Shown one piece after another: positions 27,570-36,667 of a stretch of DNA of 47,776 bases. Made by a program: the position numbers and the translations under genes. Source of the stretch: Candidatus Undinarchaeales archaeon SRR5007147.bin71 (GTDB taxonomy: Archaea > Undinarchaeota > Undinarchaeia > Undinarchaeales > Undinarchaeaceae). The number at the start of each line of letters is the position of its first letter. Within the stretch, counting starts at the first letter, position 1. The notes below the pieces were generated by a model. That model did no database searches and was not told where the DNA came from. It was given only the letters and a program-made list of their open reading frames with translations. Location: positions 1-47,776 of the forward strand of contig DVAE01000001.1 of the NCBI GenBank assembly GCA_014189675.1, written 5' to 3'.

Positions 27570-28733
27570 ATGATTGATCTCTTGGTAAGCGTTATAATTT
27601 TGCTTTTTCTGGCAAGGCTTTGCGGCGCTCTTGCTGAAATTCTTGGTCTTAGTGCAATAGTTGGGGAGGTATTTGCAGGAGTTTCTGTTGGTTCCACACT
27701 CTTCCCTCAGCTCACATATTTTTTTACTGAATCAGTTCTTCTAGAGGGAATGGCAGATATAGGAATTATTTTTCTTATTTTTTTAGTTGGTCTAAAAATA
27801 AATCTTAAATCCTTTGAGAAATTTCTTAGAGCTGGTGCAATTATAGCTATGTTTGGGGCCTTTATACCTTTCTTTGCAGGAACTTATCTGGGTTTTGCAT
27901 ATTTTTCATGGAATCCTGTGCAATCATTGTTTTTAGGTGGAATAATGATGGCCTCCAGTATGGCAATCGCAGGCAGGATGCTGTATGATTGCCGGCTTCT
28001 GAATAAAAGAGTGGGGACTTTGGCTATTGATGCTGTTCTGGTGGGAGAGCTTCTGTCCCTCTTGATGCTCATATTCCTTGTCCAGCTTGTAAACACTTCT
28101 ACTTTTAGTTTGCAGAATCTTGCAAAATCAACAGTTTATGTCGCAGTGTTTTTTGCATCAGTAATTCTCTTAGGGAAATATATCAGCAGATACATAGAAA
28201 TCCTCGGAAGATTCCTTAACTTGCGTGTTAAGGAAGGACTCCTTTCGATGGTGATTATACTTATATTTACATTATCCTTAATTGCTGAAGCAATAGGTGT
28301 TTCCATGGTTATAGGTGCTTTTCTTGCAGGTCTGGTTTTGCATGAGAGACATCTGAAAAAAATAGAGCATGAAATCTACAGTATGGCGTATGGTCTGTTT
28401 ATCCCCTTATTTTTCGCTCTCCTTGGGGTCTATGTTAATCTTTTTGAGATGATAGCCCTGTGGCCTCTTTTGCTTAGTATATTTTCTGTTGCAGTTATAT
28501 CAAGATTGTTTAGTGCATACTTAGGTGCAAGAGTTTCTGGGATGAACAGCAAGAATTCTCTTATTGTATCTCTTGCAATGACTCCACGTGCTGAAGTGGC
28601 TTTCATAATATCCAGTGTTGCACTTCTTAATGGTGTCTTCAGCAGTTCTATTTATTCTGCTGTAATTGGAGCCTTGATTCTTAGTATTGTTGTTGTTCCG
28701 CCTGTTTTTAGGAGAGTTGTCTGGACAAAATGA
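27570..28733 (+). CDS. CPA2 family cation:proton antiporter (NapA/Kef-like)
   Basis: IVGE..AG, IGAFLAGL, FIPLFF..LG and PRAEV motifs. Confidence 0.88.
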   Translation: MIDLLVSVIILLFLARLCGALAEILGLSAIVGEVFAGVSVGSTLFPQLTYFFTESVLLEGMADIGIIFLIFLVGLKINLKSFEKFLRAGAIIAMFGAFIPFFAGTYLGFAYFSWNPVQSLFLGGIMMASSMAIAGRMLYDCRLLNKRVGTLAIDAVLVGELLSLLMLIFLVQLVNTSTFSLQNLAKSTVYVAVFFASVILLGKYISRYIEILGRFLNLRVKEGLLSMVIILIFTLSLIAEAIGVSMVIGAFLAGLVLHERHLKKIEHEIYSMAYGLFIPLFFALLGVYVNLFEMIALWPLLLSIFSVAVISRLFSAYLGARVSGMNSKNSLIVSLAMTPRAEVAFIISSVALLNGVFSSSIYSAVIGALILSIVVVPPVFRRVVWTK

Positions 28734-29665
28734 TTGCAGCTTTCCCTTTAGAAAGTATGGGTGTTTTTATTATATCTATTGCAATTTTGTTGAAAGGGGC
28801 ATCTGTGTTTACACGAAGGTCTGTGTATATAGCAAGACAAATTGGGGTATCTGAATTTGCAATAGGTCTTACACTCGTTGCATTTTCAACTTCTCTTCCT
28901 GAGCTGGCTATATCTCTGACTGCATCTTTGTCCGGGTCTGACGGAATAGCTATTGGCAACATAATTGGCTCAAATATAGCAAATATTGGTCTTATAGTAG
29001 GTATTGCTGCTATTTTTATGCCTCTTGTGCTTAAGAAAGAAGACTTTAAACAGGTGCTTTTAATGATAGCAGTTCTCTTTCTTGGTTCAATTTTCATGTA
29101 CAATGGACTGTCACGAATAGAAGGCCTCATATTGGTTTCAATTCTTATTGCCTATGTAATAAATGCACTTAAGCAGGGAAAAGTTGGAACAGCAAAAGCT
29201 TCAAAAGGCCAATCTCTGTCCTCAAATCTATTCTTCGCGCTTGTTGGAGCTGGAGCAGTCGTCGTAGGAGGTAAATTTGTTGTTGATTCTGCAGTAGTAA
29301 TTGCTAGGTGGGCAGGGATATCTGAAGTACTCATAGGAATCACCATAATTGCAATAGGGACTTCTCTTCCTGAACTTGTTACATCTCTTATTGCGGCAAA
29401 AAATAATATGCCAGGAATGGCTATTGGTAATATTATAGGAAGTAATATCTTCAATATTGCAGCAGTTCTGGGACTAACTTCGTTGATATCTCCGATATCA
29501 GTATCTCTTGATGTATTTCTCTTCGATATACCAGCAATGATGCTCTTCTCCATCATTTTAGCTTCATTCATGTATTTTGGAGCCAATAGAATTAGTAAAA
29601 AAAGTGGAATTTATCTTCTAACGCTTTATGTAATATATTTGGGGGCCCATGTATTCTTCTTCTGA
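28730..29665 (+). CDS. Calcium/sodium antiporter (YrbG/CaCA family)
   Basis: Two alpha-repeats, TSLPEL...GNIIGSNI. Confidence 0.94.
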   Translation: MIAAFPLESMGVFIISIAILLKGASVFTRRSVYIARQIGVSEFAIGLTLVAFSTSLPELAISLTASLSGSDGIAIGNIIGSNIANIGLIVGIAAIFMPLVLKKEDFKQVLLMIAVLFLGSIFMYNGLSRIEGLILVSILIAYVINALKQGKVGTAKASKGQSLSSNLFFALVGAGAVVVGGKFVVDSAVVIARWAGISEVLIGITIIAIGTSLPELVTSLIAAKNNMPGMAIGNIIGSNIFNIAAVLGLTSLISPISVSLDVFLFDIPAMMLFSIILASFMYFGANRISKKSGIYLLTLYVIYLGAHVFFF

Positions 29666-29713
29666 CAGAAAATCCTTAAATATAAGAACCTTTAACTCAA
29701 TTTATTCTTTAAT

Positions 29714-30154
29714 ATGACAACAAGTTCTGTAATAGCAACACGATTAAAACAAGGAGATCTCTTTCTTCTAGATGGTCAGGGGGATGAAATCTTTAAAGTA
29801 AAAAAACTAAGTACTTCTTCTCCTGGTAAACATGGCCATGCCAAAGTTCGTATAATGTATGTTAATTTTTTCACAGGCTCGGGAGGAGAAGTAACATATA
29901 GCGGTCACAAAGAGATTGATAAACCTGTTATTGAAAAAGAAAGATCCCAAATAATTTCAATTACACCTGGGAAGATCTCAAATGACCCTAATGTCCCTCC
30001 TGTTCCTGCGGAGCTTCAGCTTATGCATCTGGAAACTTTTGAGACTTACGAACTTCCTTGCCCTAGTGGAATTCCAGAGCCGGATTTGGAAGTTGGTAAA
30101 GAGGTTGAAGTCCGAAAATTTGAAAGCAAGAAGTGGATTGAGAAGATCATCTAA
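29714..30154 (+). CDS. eif5a: Translation factor aIF5A
   Basis: Hypusination loop TSSPGKHGHAK and QLM.LETFET. Confidence 0.94.
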   Translation: MTTSSVIATRLKQGDLFLLDGQGDEIFKVKKLSTSSPGKHGHAKVRIMYVNFFTGSGGEVTYSGHKEIDKPVIEKERSQIISITPGKISNDPNVPPVPAELQLMHLETFETYELPCPSGIPEPDLEVGKEVEVRKFESKKWIEKII

Positions 30155-30159
30155 TTTCG

Positions 30160-31041
30160 ATGGACTTTTATTTGAATAAATTTTGCAGACTATCTGGGGC
30201 AAGAAATTCTGTCAAGGATAGCAAGGTAATTTTTCTTGGAGTACCTTATGATTGGTCAACTATAGATAGGCCAGGTTCCCGATATGGTCCTTTGCATATA
30301 CGAAAATCTTTTGAGCAGTTCCTAGGTTATGATTCGACGAGTGAGAAGGACCTCTATGAAAGTCTCCTCCCTTGTGATTTAGGTGATATTGCAGTAGTTC
30401 CTGGAGATTACACTGAGACTCATAAAAGGACTGAAGAAACACTTGGAAAAATTCTCTCTGAGAATAGCAAAGCCTTCCTGGTGGGGTTGGGAGGAGAGCA
30501 TTCAATTAGCTATTCCTTCCTCAAATCTCTCAGGAAAGTGAATGAGGACTTTGCAGTTGTCAGTTTTGACGCACATCCTGACTTAAAAGAAGACTACATG
30601 GGGAATAAAGAGACTAATGTAACTTATCTCAGGAGGGTTTGTGACTTTGTAGAGCCTTCTTCTATAACTCTTGTTGGAATCCGTGATGCAGACCGTGATG
30701 AGATGGACTATGTAAACAAGAATAATATTAATCTTTTTCATGGGAAATCTATAAAAGAAGACTTGGAAGCTTCACTTTCGGCCTTCAAAAAGGCAATAAG
30801 GGGGAAGAAACTTTATGTCACAATAGATATTGATGTTCTTGACACAGCTATAGCTCCAGGTACTTCAAGTCCCTCCCCTGGTGGTTTGAGCATGGATGAA
30901 ATAAAGGCATTTCTTGATATATGTATCCCGCAGGCTATTGGAATGGATATAGTTGAAGTTTCACCTCCTTTTGATGTAGGTGAAACGACAAGTTTTACTG
31001 CTGCGAAACTTATTTATTATGCACTGAGTTTAAAAGCATGA
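30160..31041 (+). CDS. speB: Agmatinase (ureohydrolase family)
   Basis: RPGSR.GP, GGEHSI, DAHPD, DIDVLD...PGT and DIVEV motifs. Confidence 0.92.
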   Translation: MDFYLNKFCRLSGARNSVKDSKVIFLGVPYDWSTIDRPGSRYGPLHIRKSFEQFLGYDSTSEKDLYESLLPCDLGDIAVVPGDYTETHKRTEETLGKILSENSKAFLVGLGGEHSISYSFLKSLRKVNEDFAVVSFDAHPDLKEDYMGNKETNVTYLRRVCDFVEPSSITLVGIRDADRDEMDYVNKNNINLFHGKSIKEDLEASLSAFKKAIRGKKLYVTIDIDVLDTAIAPGTSSPSPGGLSMDEIKAFLDICIPQAIGMDIVEVSPPFDVGETTSFTAAKLIYYALSLKA

Positions 31042-31042
31042 T

Positions 31043-31189
31043 ATGGCTATAGAAACTTCTCTTCTTTTGCTGGTAATTCTCATAGTCATTGGCTTCATTG
31101 TGTACAGAATGGTCAGGGGAATTTGGACTGTTCTCCTGTGGGTTCTCATAGCTGGAGGGGTATTGTTCGTAGTATATTACCTATTATAA
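31043..31189 (+). CDS. 48-aa two-TM microprotein, not in the ORF track
   Basis: MAIETSLLLLVILIVIGFIVYRMVRGIWTVLLWVLIAGGVLFVVYYLL fills the gap between speB and the next gene with 1-nt spacers on each side. Confidence 0.75.
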   Translation: MAIETSLLLLVILIVIGFIVYRMVRGIWTVLLWVLIAGGVLFVVYYLL

Positions 31190-31190
31190 G

Positions 31191-31946
31191 ATGGTACTTG
31201 AATCATTATTTACTGTGGAAGAAGCCAAACAGGACCCTTCTAATCTCTTTCTTCTTGGAGTAGTAATATCTACAGTTGCACTTTGGCTGTCATTTTATAT
31301 ATTTCCACAGGGAGCCAGCACATGGATGCTTTTTATTATAACTCTAGCAATTGTGCCTCTTATGCACAAGGCTTTCATGGGGGAGGAGGCACGGGATATG
31401 GCTCACAGCAAGAAACTATTGAGAGGTCACCTTCCAATCATAAAAATGTATCTCTACCTATTTTTAGGAATCTTTGTATCTCTTTTATTCTGGTATATTT
31501 TTCTGCCTACTCATTTACTTGAGATAATCTTTTCTGTTCAAATGAATGTTGCAAGCACAATTCTCACAGACGGTGCAATTCTCATAATGAGTCTAAAGGT
31601 TCTTACTTTGTTCATGCTTCTAACTTTTATATATGGGGCAGGCGGTATTCTTATACTTGCATGGGATGCAGCCCTGACTTCAGTGATTGTTGGGAACCTT
31701 CTTAAGCATGTTCTTCTTGGAAGCTATGTTCCTGGAATGGCCGCAATTTTGCTTCCTGCTGTATTTCAAATTATAGCTTACTCAATAGCAGCAGTTGCTG
31801 CAGGAATATTGTCGGTTGCTTTTTACAAAGGTCATTTGAAAGGAAAGTTAGCAAAATATATACTGATTGATTTTACAGTCCTCAGTTTAGTCGCTCTAGT
31901 TATGCTTGCAGTAGGGGCACTAATTGCACAAGGAGTTGTAGCATAG
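31191..31946 (+). CDS. SpoIIM/DUF95-like membrane protein (divergent paralogue)
   Basis: MVLE start and F.YGAG.ILIL.W.A segment are collinear with the next ORF. Confidence 0.7.
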   Translation: MVLESLFTVEEAKQDPSNLFLLGVVISTVALWLSFYIFPQGASTWMLFIITLAIVPLMHKAFMGEEARDMAHSKKLLRGHLPIIKMYLYLFLGIFVSLLFWYIFLPTHLLEIIFSVQMNVASTILTDGAILIMSLKVLTLFMLLTFIYGAGGILILAWDAALTSVIVGNLLKHVLLGSYVPGMAAILLPAVFQIIAYSIAAVAAGILSVAFYKGHLKGKLAKYILIDFTVLSLVALVMLAVGALIAQGVVA

Positions 31947-32879
31947 ATGGTTCTAGAGATGATTATGAAGCCGGAATATGCACAAAAAAGTCCAATTAAA
32001 ACTCTACTTCTTGGCTTTGGTGTATCGTCTCTTGCTTTATGGATTTCATATCTAGCTACTCTGTGGCTACCAAGCTATATTTTCCCTGAACATGCGAATT
32101 CCTGGTTCTTGTTTCTAACAGCCGTGGCTCTTATACCTTTTCTTAATAAAATATATTTGATTGAGGAAAGAGAAGCTGAACGAATTTATGAAAAAAATAT
32201 ATTAAGGCGTCACGAGGACCTTCTCTTTATTTACATATTTCTTTTCCTTGGCATGATTCTTTCATTCTCATTTTGGTTTACAATACTTCCATTAAAAATT
32301 TCTCAGATAGTATTCTCAGGTCAAGTTGCGGAGATTTACAGAATCCAAGGTCTTAAAACAAGCTTGTCAGGAGCTCTTATAGCTACTGGAGCAGGGGCTA
32401 TTACAGGAAATATTTTAGCAAAAATAACTGGATATGCAACCTCAAGAGTAGCGTTTTTGAAGCTTATAATGTTCAATAATGTGAGGCTTCTCTTACTTTT
32501 CATGGTCTTTTCCTTTGTATTTGGAGCAGGAGCAATCTTACTTCTTACTTGGAATGCTGCAGTTGTCGGCGTTGCCATGGGCTTCATAATTAGGGACAGT
32601 ATACTTGTGTCTGCTAACGTTCTTCTAAAAAGCGCCTTCTATCTAAAAGAACTTCCATTTAGTTTTATGTCATTTTTCCTTCACGGTATTTTTGAGATAG
32701 TTGGATATTTTGCTGGTGCGATTTCCGGAGGAATTTTTTCAGTTGCAATACTCAGAGGTATGCATAAGACCAAACATTTCAAAACTATACTAAAGGACGT
32801 TATATTTTTCCTAGTTCTGGCTCTTGCTCTTGTCGGCATTGGGGCTGTTCTGGAGGTCTATGTAACTCCTCTTCTCTGA
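31947..32879 (+). CDS. SpoIIM/DUF95-like membrane protein
   Basis: I.FNN, GAGAI.LL.WNA, HGIFEI.GYF and C-terminal A.LEVY.TP motifs. Confidence 0.8.
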   Translation: MVLEMIMKPEYAQKSPIKTLLLGFGVSSLALWISYLATLWLPSYIFPEHANSWFLFLTAVALIPFLNKIYLIEEREAERIYEKNILRRHEDLLFIYIFLFLGMILSFSFWFTILPLKISQIVFSGQVAEIYRIQGLKTSLSGALIATGAGAITGNILAKITGYATSRVAFLKLIMFNNVRLLLLFMVFSFVFGAGAILLLTWNAAVVGVAMGFIIRDSILVSANVLLKSAFYLKELPFSFMSFFLHGIFEIVGYFAGAISGGIFSVAILRGMHKTKHFKTILKDVIFFLVLALALVGIGAVLEVYVTPLL

Positions 32880-33364
32880 TGACAACATATGTTCTGGATG
32901 CCTCTGCAATTCAAAGCGGTTTTGAAGCCCTCGGATTTGCCGAAGATTTATTTTCAACACCGAGTGTTATTGAAGAAGTCCGAAACAAAGTTCTTGCATA
33001 CAATTTGAGCCTTGCAGTTTCTCTGGATAAAATAAAATTGGAAATTCCTGCTGAAAACTACATAAATCATGTTTCTGAAACCGCAAGGGAGAGCGGGGAC
33101 AGACTATCTGATAATGATGTTGGTTTAATTGCTCTTGCCCTTAAGAGAAAGTCTGAGGGTCGTGTCAGGATTGTTACGGACGATTACGGAATTCAAAATG
33201 TGTCTTCAATTCTAGGAATAGACTTTCTTCCTATAAGTACTGAGGGAATAAGAGAAATAATAGAATGGCTTTACTATTGTCCAGCCTGTTTTAAAAAACA
33301 CAGCCCGCAAGTAGATATTTGTGATGTTTGCGGAACAAAAATAAAACGTAAAAAACGTGCCTAA
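32879..33364 (+). CDS. nob1: rRNA maturation endonuclease Nob1 (PIN domain plus Zn ribbon)
   Basis: YVLDASA, LS..D..LIALAL, TDDYGIQN and CPAC...CDVCG motifs. Confidence 0.93.
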   Translation: MTTYVLDASAIQSGFEALGFAEDLFSTPSVIEEVRNKVLAYNLSLAVSLDKIKLEIPAENYINHVSETARESGDRLSDNDVGLIALALKRKSEGRVRIVTDDYGIQNVSSILGIDFLPISTEGIREIIEWLYYCPACFKKHSPQVDICDVCGTKIKRKKRA

Positions 33365-34419
33365 AGTCGTTTGAATAAATCCTCAAGAATGTGTCTTTTT
33401 TCAATATAAAGCATCACTATTGCCTGAGCAAGTCCCAAAACAAGAGGACCAATAATTATTCCCTTGAAGCCCATCACAAAGGGTCCTCCAAAGAAACCAA
33501 GCAATATCAGTAGAGGGTGGATATCTGCATCTCTTCTCACAAGTTTTGGTCTTATATAGAAATCAGGAACTATTGTTAGCATAAGAGATCCATATATTAA
33601 AATCAGGATTCCCGGCATAGTTCCTCCTGGTAAAAGGGCCATATACCAAAGACCCATTGGAACATACATCAGCCAAGGACCTATCAGAGGTAGGAAGGAT
33701 ACAACAAACATCATTCCTACAAGGAAACCGAGTGTTATCAGAGGAGGTCTTAAAATAGCCCAGAAACCAACAGCTGCCAGGCCTGCTATAATTACAGATG
33801 TAAGTAAGTGACCTATGAAAAGTCCATAAAATATTTTGTCAATTGTTGACATAAGTTCATGGAGGAATTTTTCTCTTGTTGGAATGTGCTTCTTTATGAG
33901 TTCCATAAGTCTTGGACCCTCATAGAGGAAGTAGAAAGTTGCTACAAAGAACAATGCAAGACTTATCGAGGTCTCAAGGAACCATGTAGGCTGTGTCACT
34001 TGGGTCCACAAGGCGTCAGTTGCAGAACTTATAAGCCTCCCTAACTCTGAGCCCAGGCGTTCACTCACAACACCGAAGCCTGCAGAATCCAGACCACTTT
34101 TCAGTCCCTCAGTAAAACTACCTGACTGTATCATACCGAAGTTTTCAATCAGCCACTGAAGAATAACATTCAGGCTGTATATCATAATATAGATTACCGG
34201 AAGTGCAACCAAAAGAACTGATGAAAGACAGGCAGTGAGATATTTTCTGCCGGCTTTTCTGTTTCCCCCGCTAAAATAACCAGCCAGAGGGTAAATAATG
34301 TAAGCCATTGCAAAGCTGACAAGAAGGAGCCCTATAAAATTCCACATAACCATCGCCGCTCCTCCCAGTATTGCCAAGAGAATAAAAATACCTACAAATC
34401 TCCATCTGTGTATTGCCAT
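33361..34419 (-). CDS. AI-2E family transporter
   Basis: AYI.YPL, FYFL.EG, LPLIGP and HPL.ILLG.FGG...G..GIIIGP motifs; start uncertain (34419 or 34425). Confidence 0.88.
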   Translation of the reverse strand: MAIHRWRFVGIFILLAILGGAAMVMWNFIGLLLVSFAMAYIIYPLAGYFSGGNRKAGRKYLTACLSSVLLVALPVIYIMIYSLNVILQWLIENFGMIQSGSFTEGLKSGLDSAGFGVVSERLGSELGRLISSATDALWTQVTQPTWFLETSISLALFFVATFYFLYEGPRLMELIKKHIPTREKFLHELMSTIDKIFYGLFIGHLLTSVIIAGLAAVGFWAILRPPLITLGFLVGMMFVVSFLPLIGPWLMYVPMGLWYMALLPGGTMPGILILIYGSLMLTIVPDFYIRPKLVRRDADIHPLLILLGFFGGPFVMGFKGIIIGPLVLGLAQAIVMLYIEKRHILEDLFKRL

Positions 34420-34462
34420 AAACATCAATAAGTACATATATTTAAAAGCCTTTTTATTGTAC

Positions 34463-35473
34463 ATGCGAAGAGAGAAAACACTGTTTAGTGCTAAAACCAT
34501 CATTCCTCTTGTCCTAGTTATTGTAGCTGCCGTATTTCTCTTCTGGAATTTTTACACACCAGATGTACATAGGAATGATCTTGTACTAAGTATGACGGCA
34601 AACATTAGCTATTCAAACACAATCCCTATATTAGAAGATGGAGATTCTCCGCTTCCGGCAAATCTGTCAATTATAACGTATAATATACCCTCTGATTTTG
34701 AAGCTCAGACAGTTCTTTTGTCAGGAATTAGTGAGCCCTACTCATTCCATACAGATAAATTTGGGAACAGGTATAAGAAATTGATATTTCAAAATCCAGA
34801 ACTTGGGATTAACTCTTATGAATTGTGGGCAATCGTAGAAGTATTGCCAATAAGTTTTGAAATAGCACCCTCATCTGTCGGAAATGTCAATGAAGTTCTT
34901 TCTGAATATAAAGAAGCTAGCGAAATGGTTCAGAGCGATTCTTCTTCAATAATTTTGCTTGCAGAGGAAATAACAACACATGCAGAAACACAATTTGAGG
35001 AAGCAGTGGCTATCAATCACTGGGTTTATACTAATATAACTTATGATAGCGCGTACATAAACGTGACAAAGGATGCACTGTGGACCTATGAAAATAGAGT
35101 AGGTGTCTGCACAGAATACGCTCACCTAGCCAGCGCTCTTATGCGAGCTAGAGGAATCCCTGCCAGAATAGCATATGGAGCTGCACCATATGACTACCCA
35201 GACGGATGGCTGCCACATACATGGGTCGAAGCCTACTTTAATGGGACTTGGTATCCTTTTGACCCGACTTGGGACCTGTCAGGACGTCTGGATGCAACTC
35301 ACATAAAAATGGCATCTCTACCAGACCAATCTTATGTCTTCATAAATGTTACTTTAAGTGGAATAAATATCGATCTCGGAAGTCTTGAGCAGTCAGAGTT
35401 AAAAGTTGAAATTATGGATTCAAATGAAGAAAGCCCTAAACTTGACTGGGAAATCCTGAGGAAACTAGCCTGA
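34463..35473 (+). CDS. Membrane-anchored transglutaminase-like (Cys-His-Asp) protein
   Basis: N-terminal TM; GVCTEYA, GIPAR, HTWVE and FDPT catalytic motifs. Confidence 0.88.
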   Translation: MRREKTLFSAKTIIPLVLVIVAAVFLFWNFYTPDVHRNDLVLSMTANISYSNTIPILEDGDSPLPANLSIITYNIPSDFEAQTVLLSGISEPYSFHTDKFGNRYKKLIFQNPELGINSYELWAIVEVLPISFEIAPSSVGNVNEVLSEYKEASEMVQSDSSSIILLAEEITTHAETQFEEAVAINHWVYTNITYDSAYINVTKDALWTYENRVGVCTEYAHLASALMRARGIPARIAYGAAPYDYPDGWLPHTWVEAYFNGTWYPFDPTWDLSGRLDATHIKMASLPDQSYVFINVTLSGINIDLGSLEQSELKVEIMDSNEESPKLDWEILRKLA

Positions 35474-36667
35474 TTATTTAGGTCTATATCTCAAAAAAGC
35501 TCCAATCCCTACACCCATACTGTAGAATTGAATTCCAAGTTGAGTAGAAGTTCCGATTATTTCCACTGAGCTACCCAGTGTATTGGCAAGTTCCGTCAAC
35601 TCATCAGCAATATCAATATTCTTTGTTTCAGGTTCTAGAGCCATTTCACATCTACTGCAACTTTTTACATCAACATACTCCTTTCCGCATTGCTCACATA
35701 CATATATTGATACTGGCTTGTCAAGTTTTTCAGAGATTAACAAGGTTTCAACAGCACCTTGCTGCAGAAGATCTTTTACATGAAGATATCCACTTGTTGC
35801 TAGTCCCTTCTTTTTTGATATTTCCTCAAAATACTTTTCAAGAAGTTTCTTCTCCTGAATTATCTCAGATTCTGCTATTATTTCATCTGACTTGTGTAGC
35901 ATTTCATCAATTCCGGATTTTCCCGTGTATCCTGTATCCACAACTCCAAGGATTTTTTTGGAAAGTTCTGGACGAAGATGGCCTGCGTCAAGAAAATCAT
36001 TTTTCGTCGGTCCAGGACCTCCGAGTACAATTCCCTTAAGATTTTCTATATTTCCGAGTTCTTTATTCGCAGCTTCTGATACTTTTTTATAGAAATCCTG
36101 TGCCATCCCCTCAATGACGCGCTCAAACCTCTGTGCAGACTGACCTCCTGCCCTAAATTTCCCGGGAACGAGAGAATCAAGAGAAGTTAGTATTTCAATT
36201 CTCTTCCCCTTGAGAGTCCCTATGTCTGCATCGCGTCTGTCTACAAGAATTATTCCATAAGTATCATGGTGCTCAAGTAGGTCAAGTAAAGGTTCTAAAA
36301 CAAATGTTTTTGAGCACCTGTAGAGGTTGATACTAAGTTTTTCAGGTGGGATTATTGTTTCAATAAGATAGTCTGTTTGACCTTCTCCTTCTGCCACATT
36401 TCCACAGAAAACTGCAAGACCATTATCTGGTGTTTTCTTGAACAATCTTAATTCCCCAATTATTTTTTCAAGGGAATTTGTCACGTGTTTTTTTGTTGCC
36501 TTGGACTTAATATTGGAGGCAGTTCCTATCTCTTCTGAAAGAAGTCCTACAGTCTTGTTTATGTCATAACCTGCAGAAATATAAACTGTAATGAACTCAG
36601 TGTGCCGTCCTCTAAGTGCGCCGAGATGCTTCAGCTTCTTTTTCATTTCAAAGTCTTCATGTGCCAT
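35474..36667 (-). CDS. prf1: Peptide chain release factor aRF1
   Basis: TASNIKS, YRC...F, GGQS and Zn-ribbon minidomain; ATG (MAHED) overlaps the valS stop. Confidence 0.96.
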   Translation of the reverse strand: MAHEDFEMKKKLKHLGALRGRHTEFITVYISAGYDINKTVGLLSEEIGTASNIKSKATKKHVTNSLEKIIGELRLFKKTPDNGLAVFCGNVAEGEGQTDYLIETIIPPEKLSINLYRCSKTFVLEPLLDLLEHHDTYGIILVDRRDADIGTLKGKRIEILTSLDSLVPGKFRAGGQSAQRFERVIEGMAQDFYKKVSEAANKELGNIENLKGIVLGGPGPTKNDFLDAGHLRPELSKKILGVVDTGYTGKSGIDEMLHKSDEIIAESEIIQEKKLLEKYFEEISKKKGLATSGYLHVKDLLQQGAVETLLISEKLDKPVSIYVCEQCGKEYVDVKSCSRCEMALEPETKNIDIADELTELANTLGSSVEIIGTSTQLGIQFYSMGVGIGAFLRYRPK

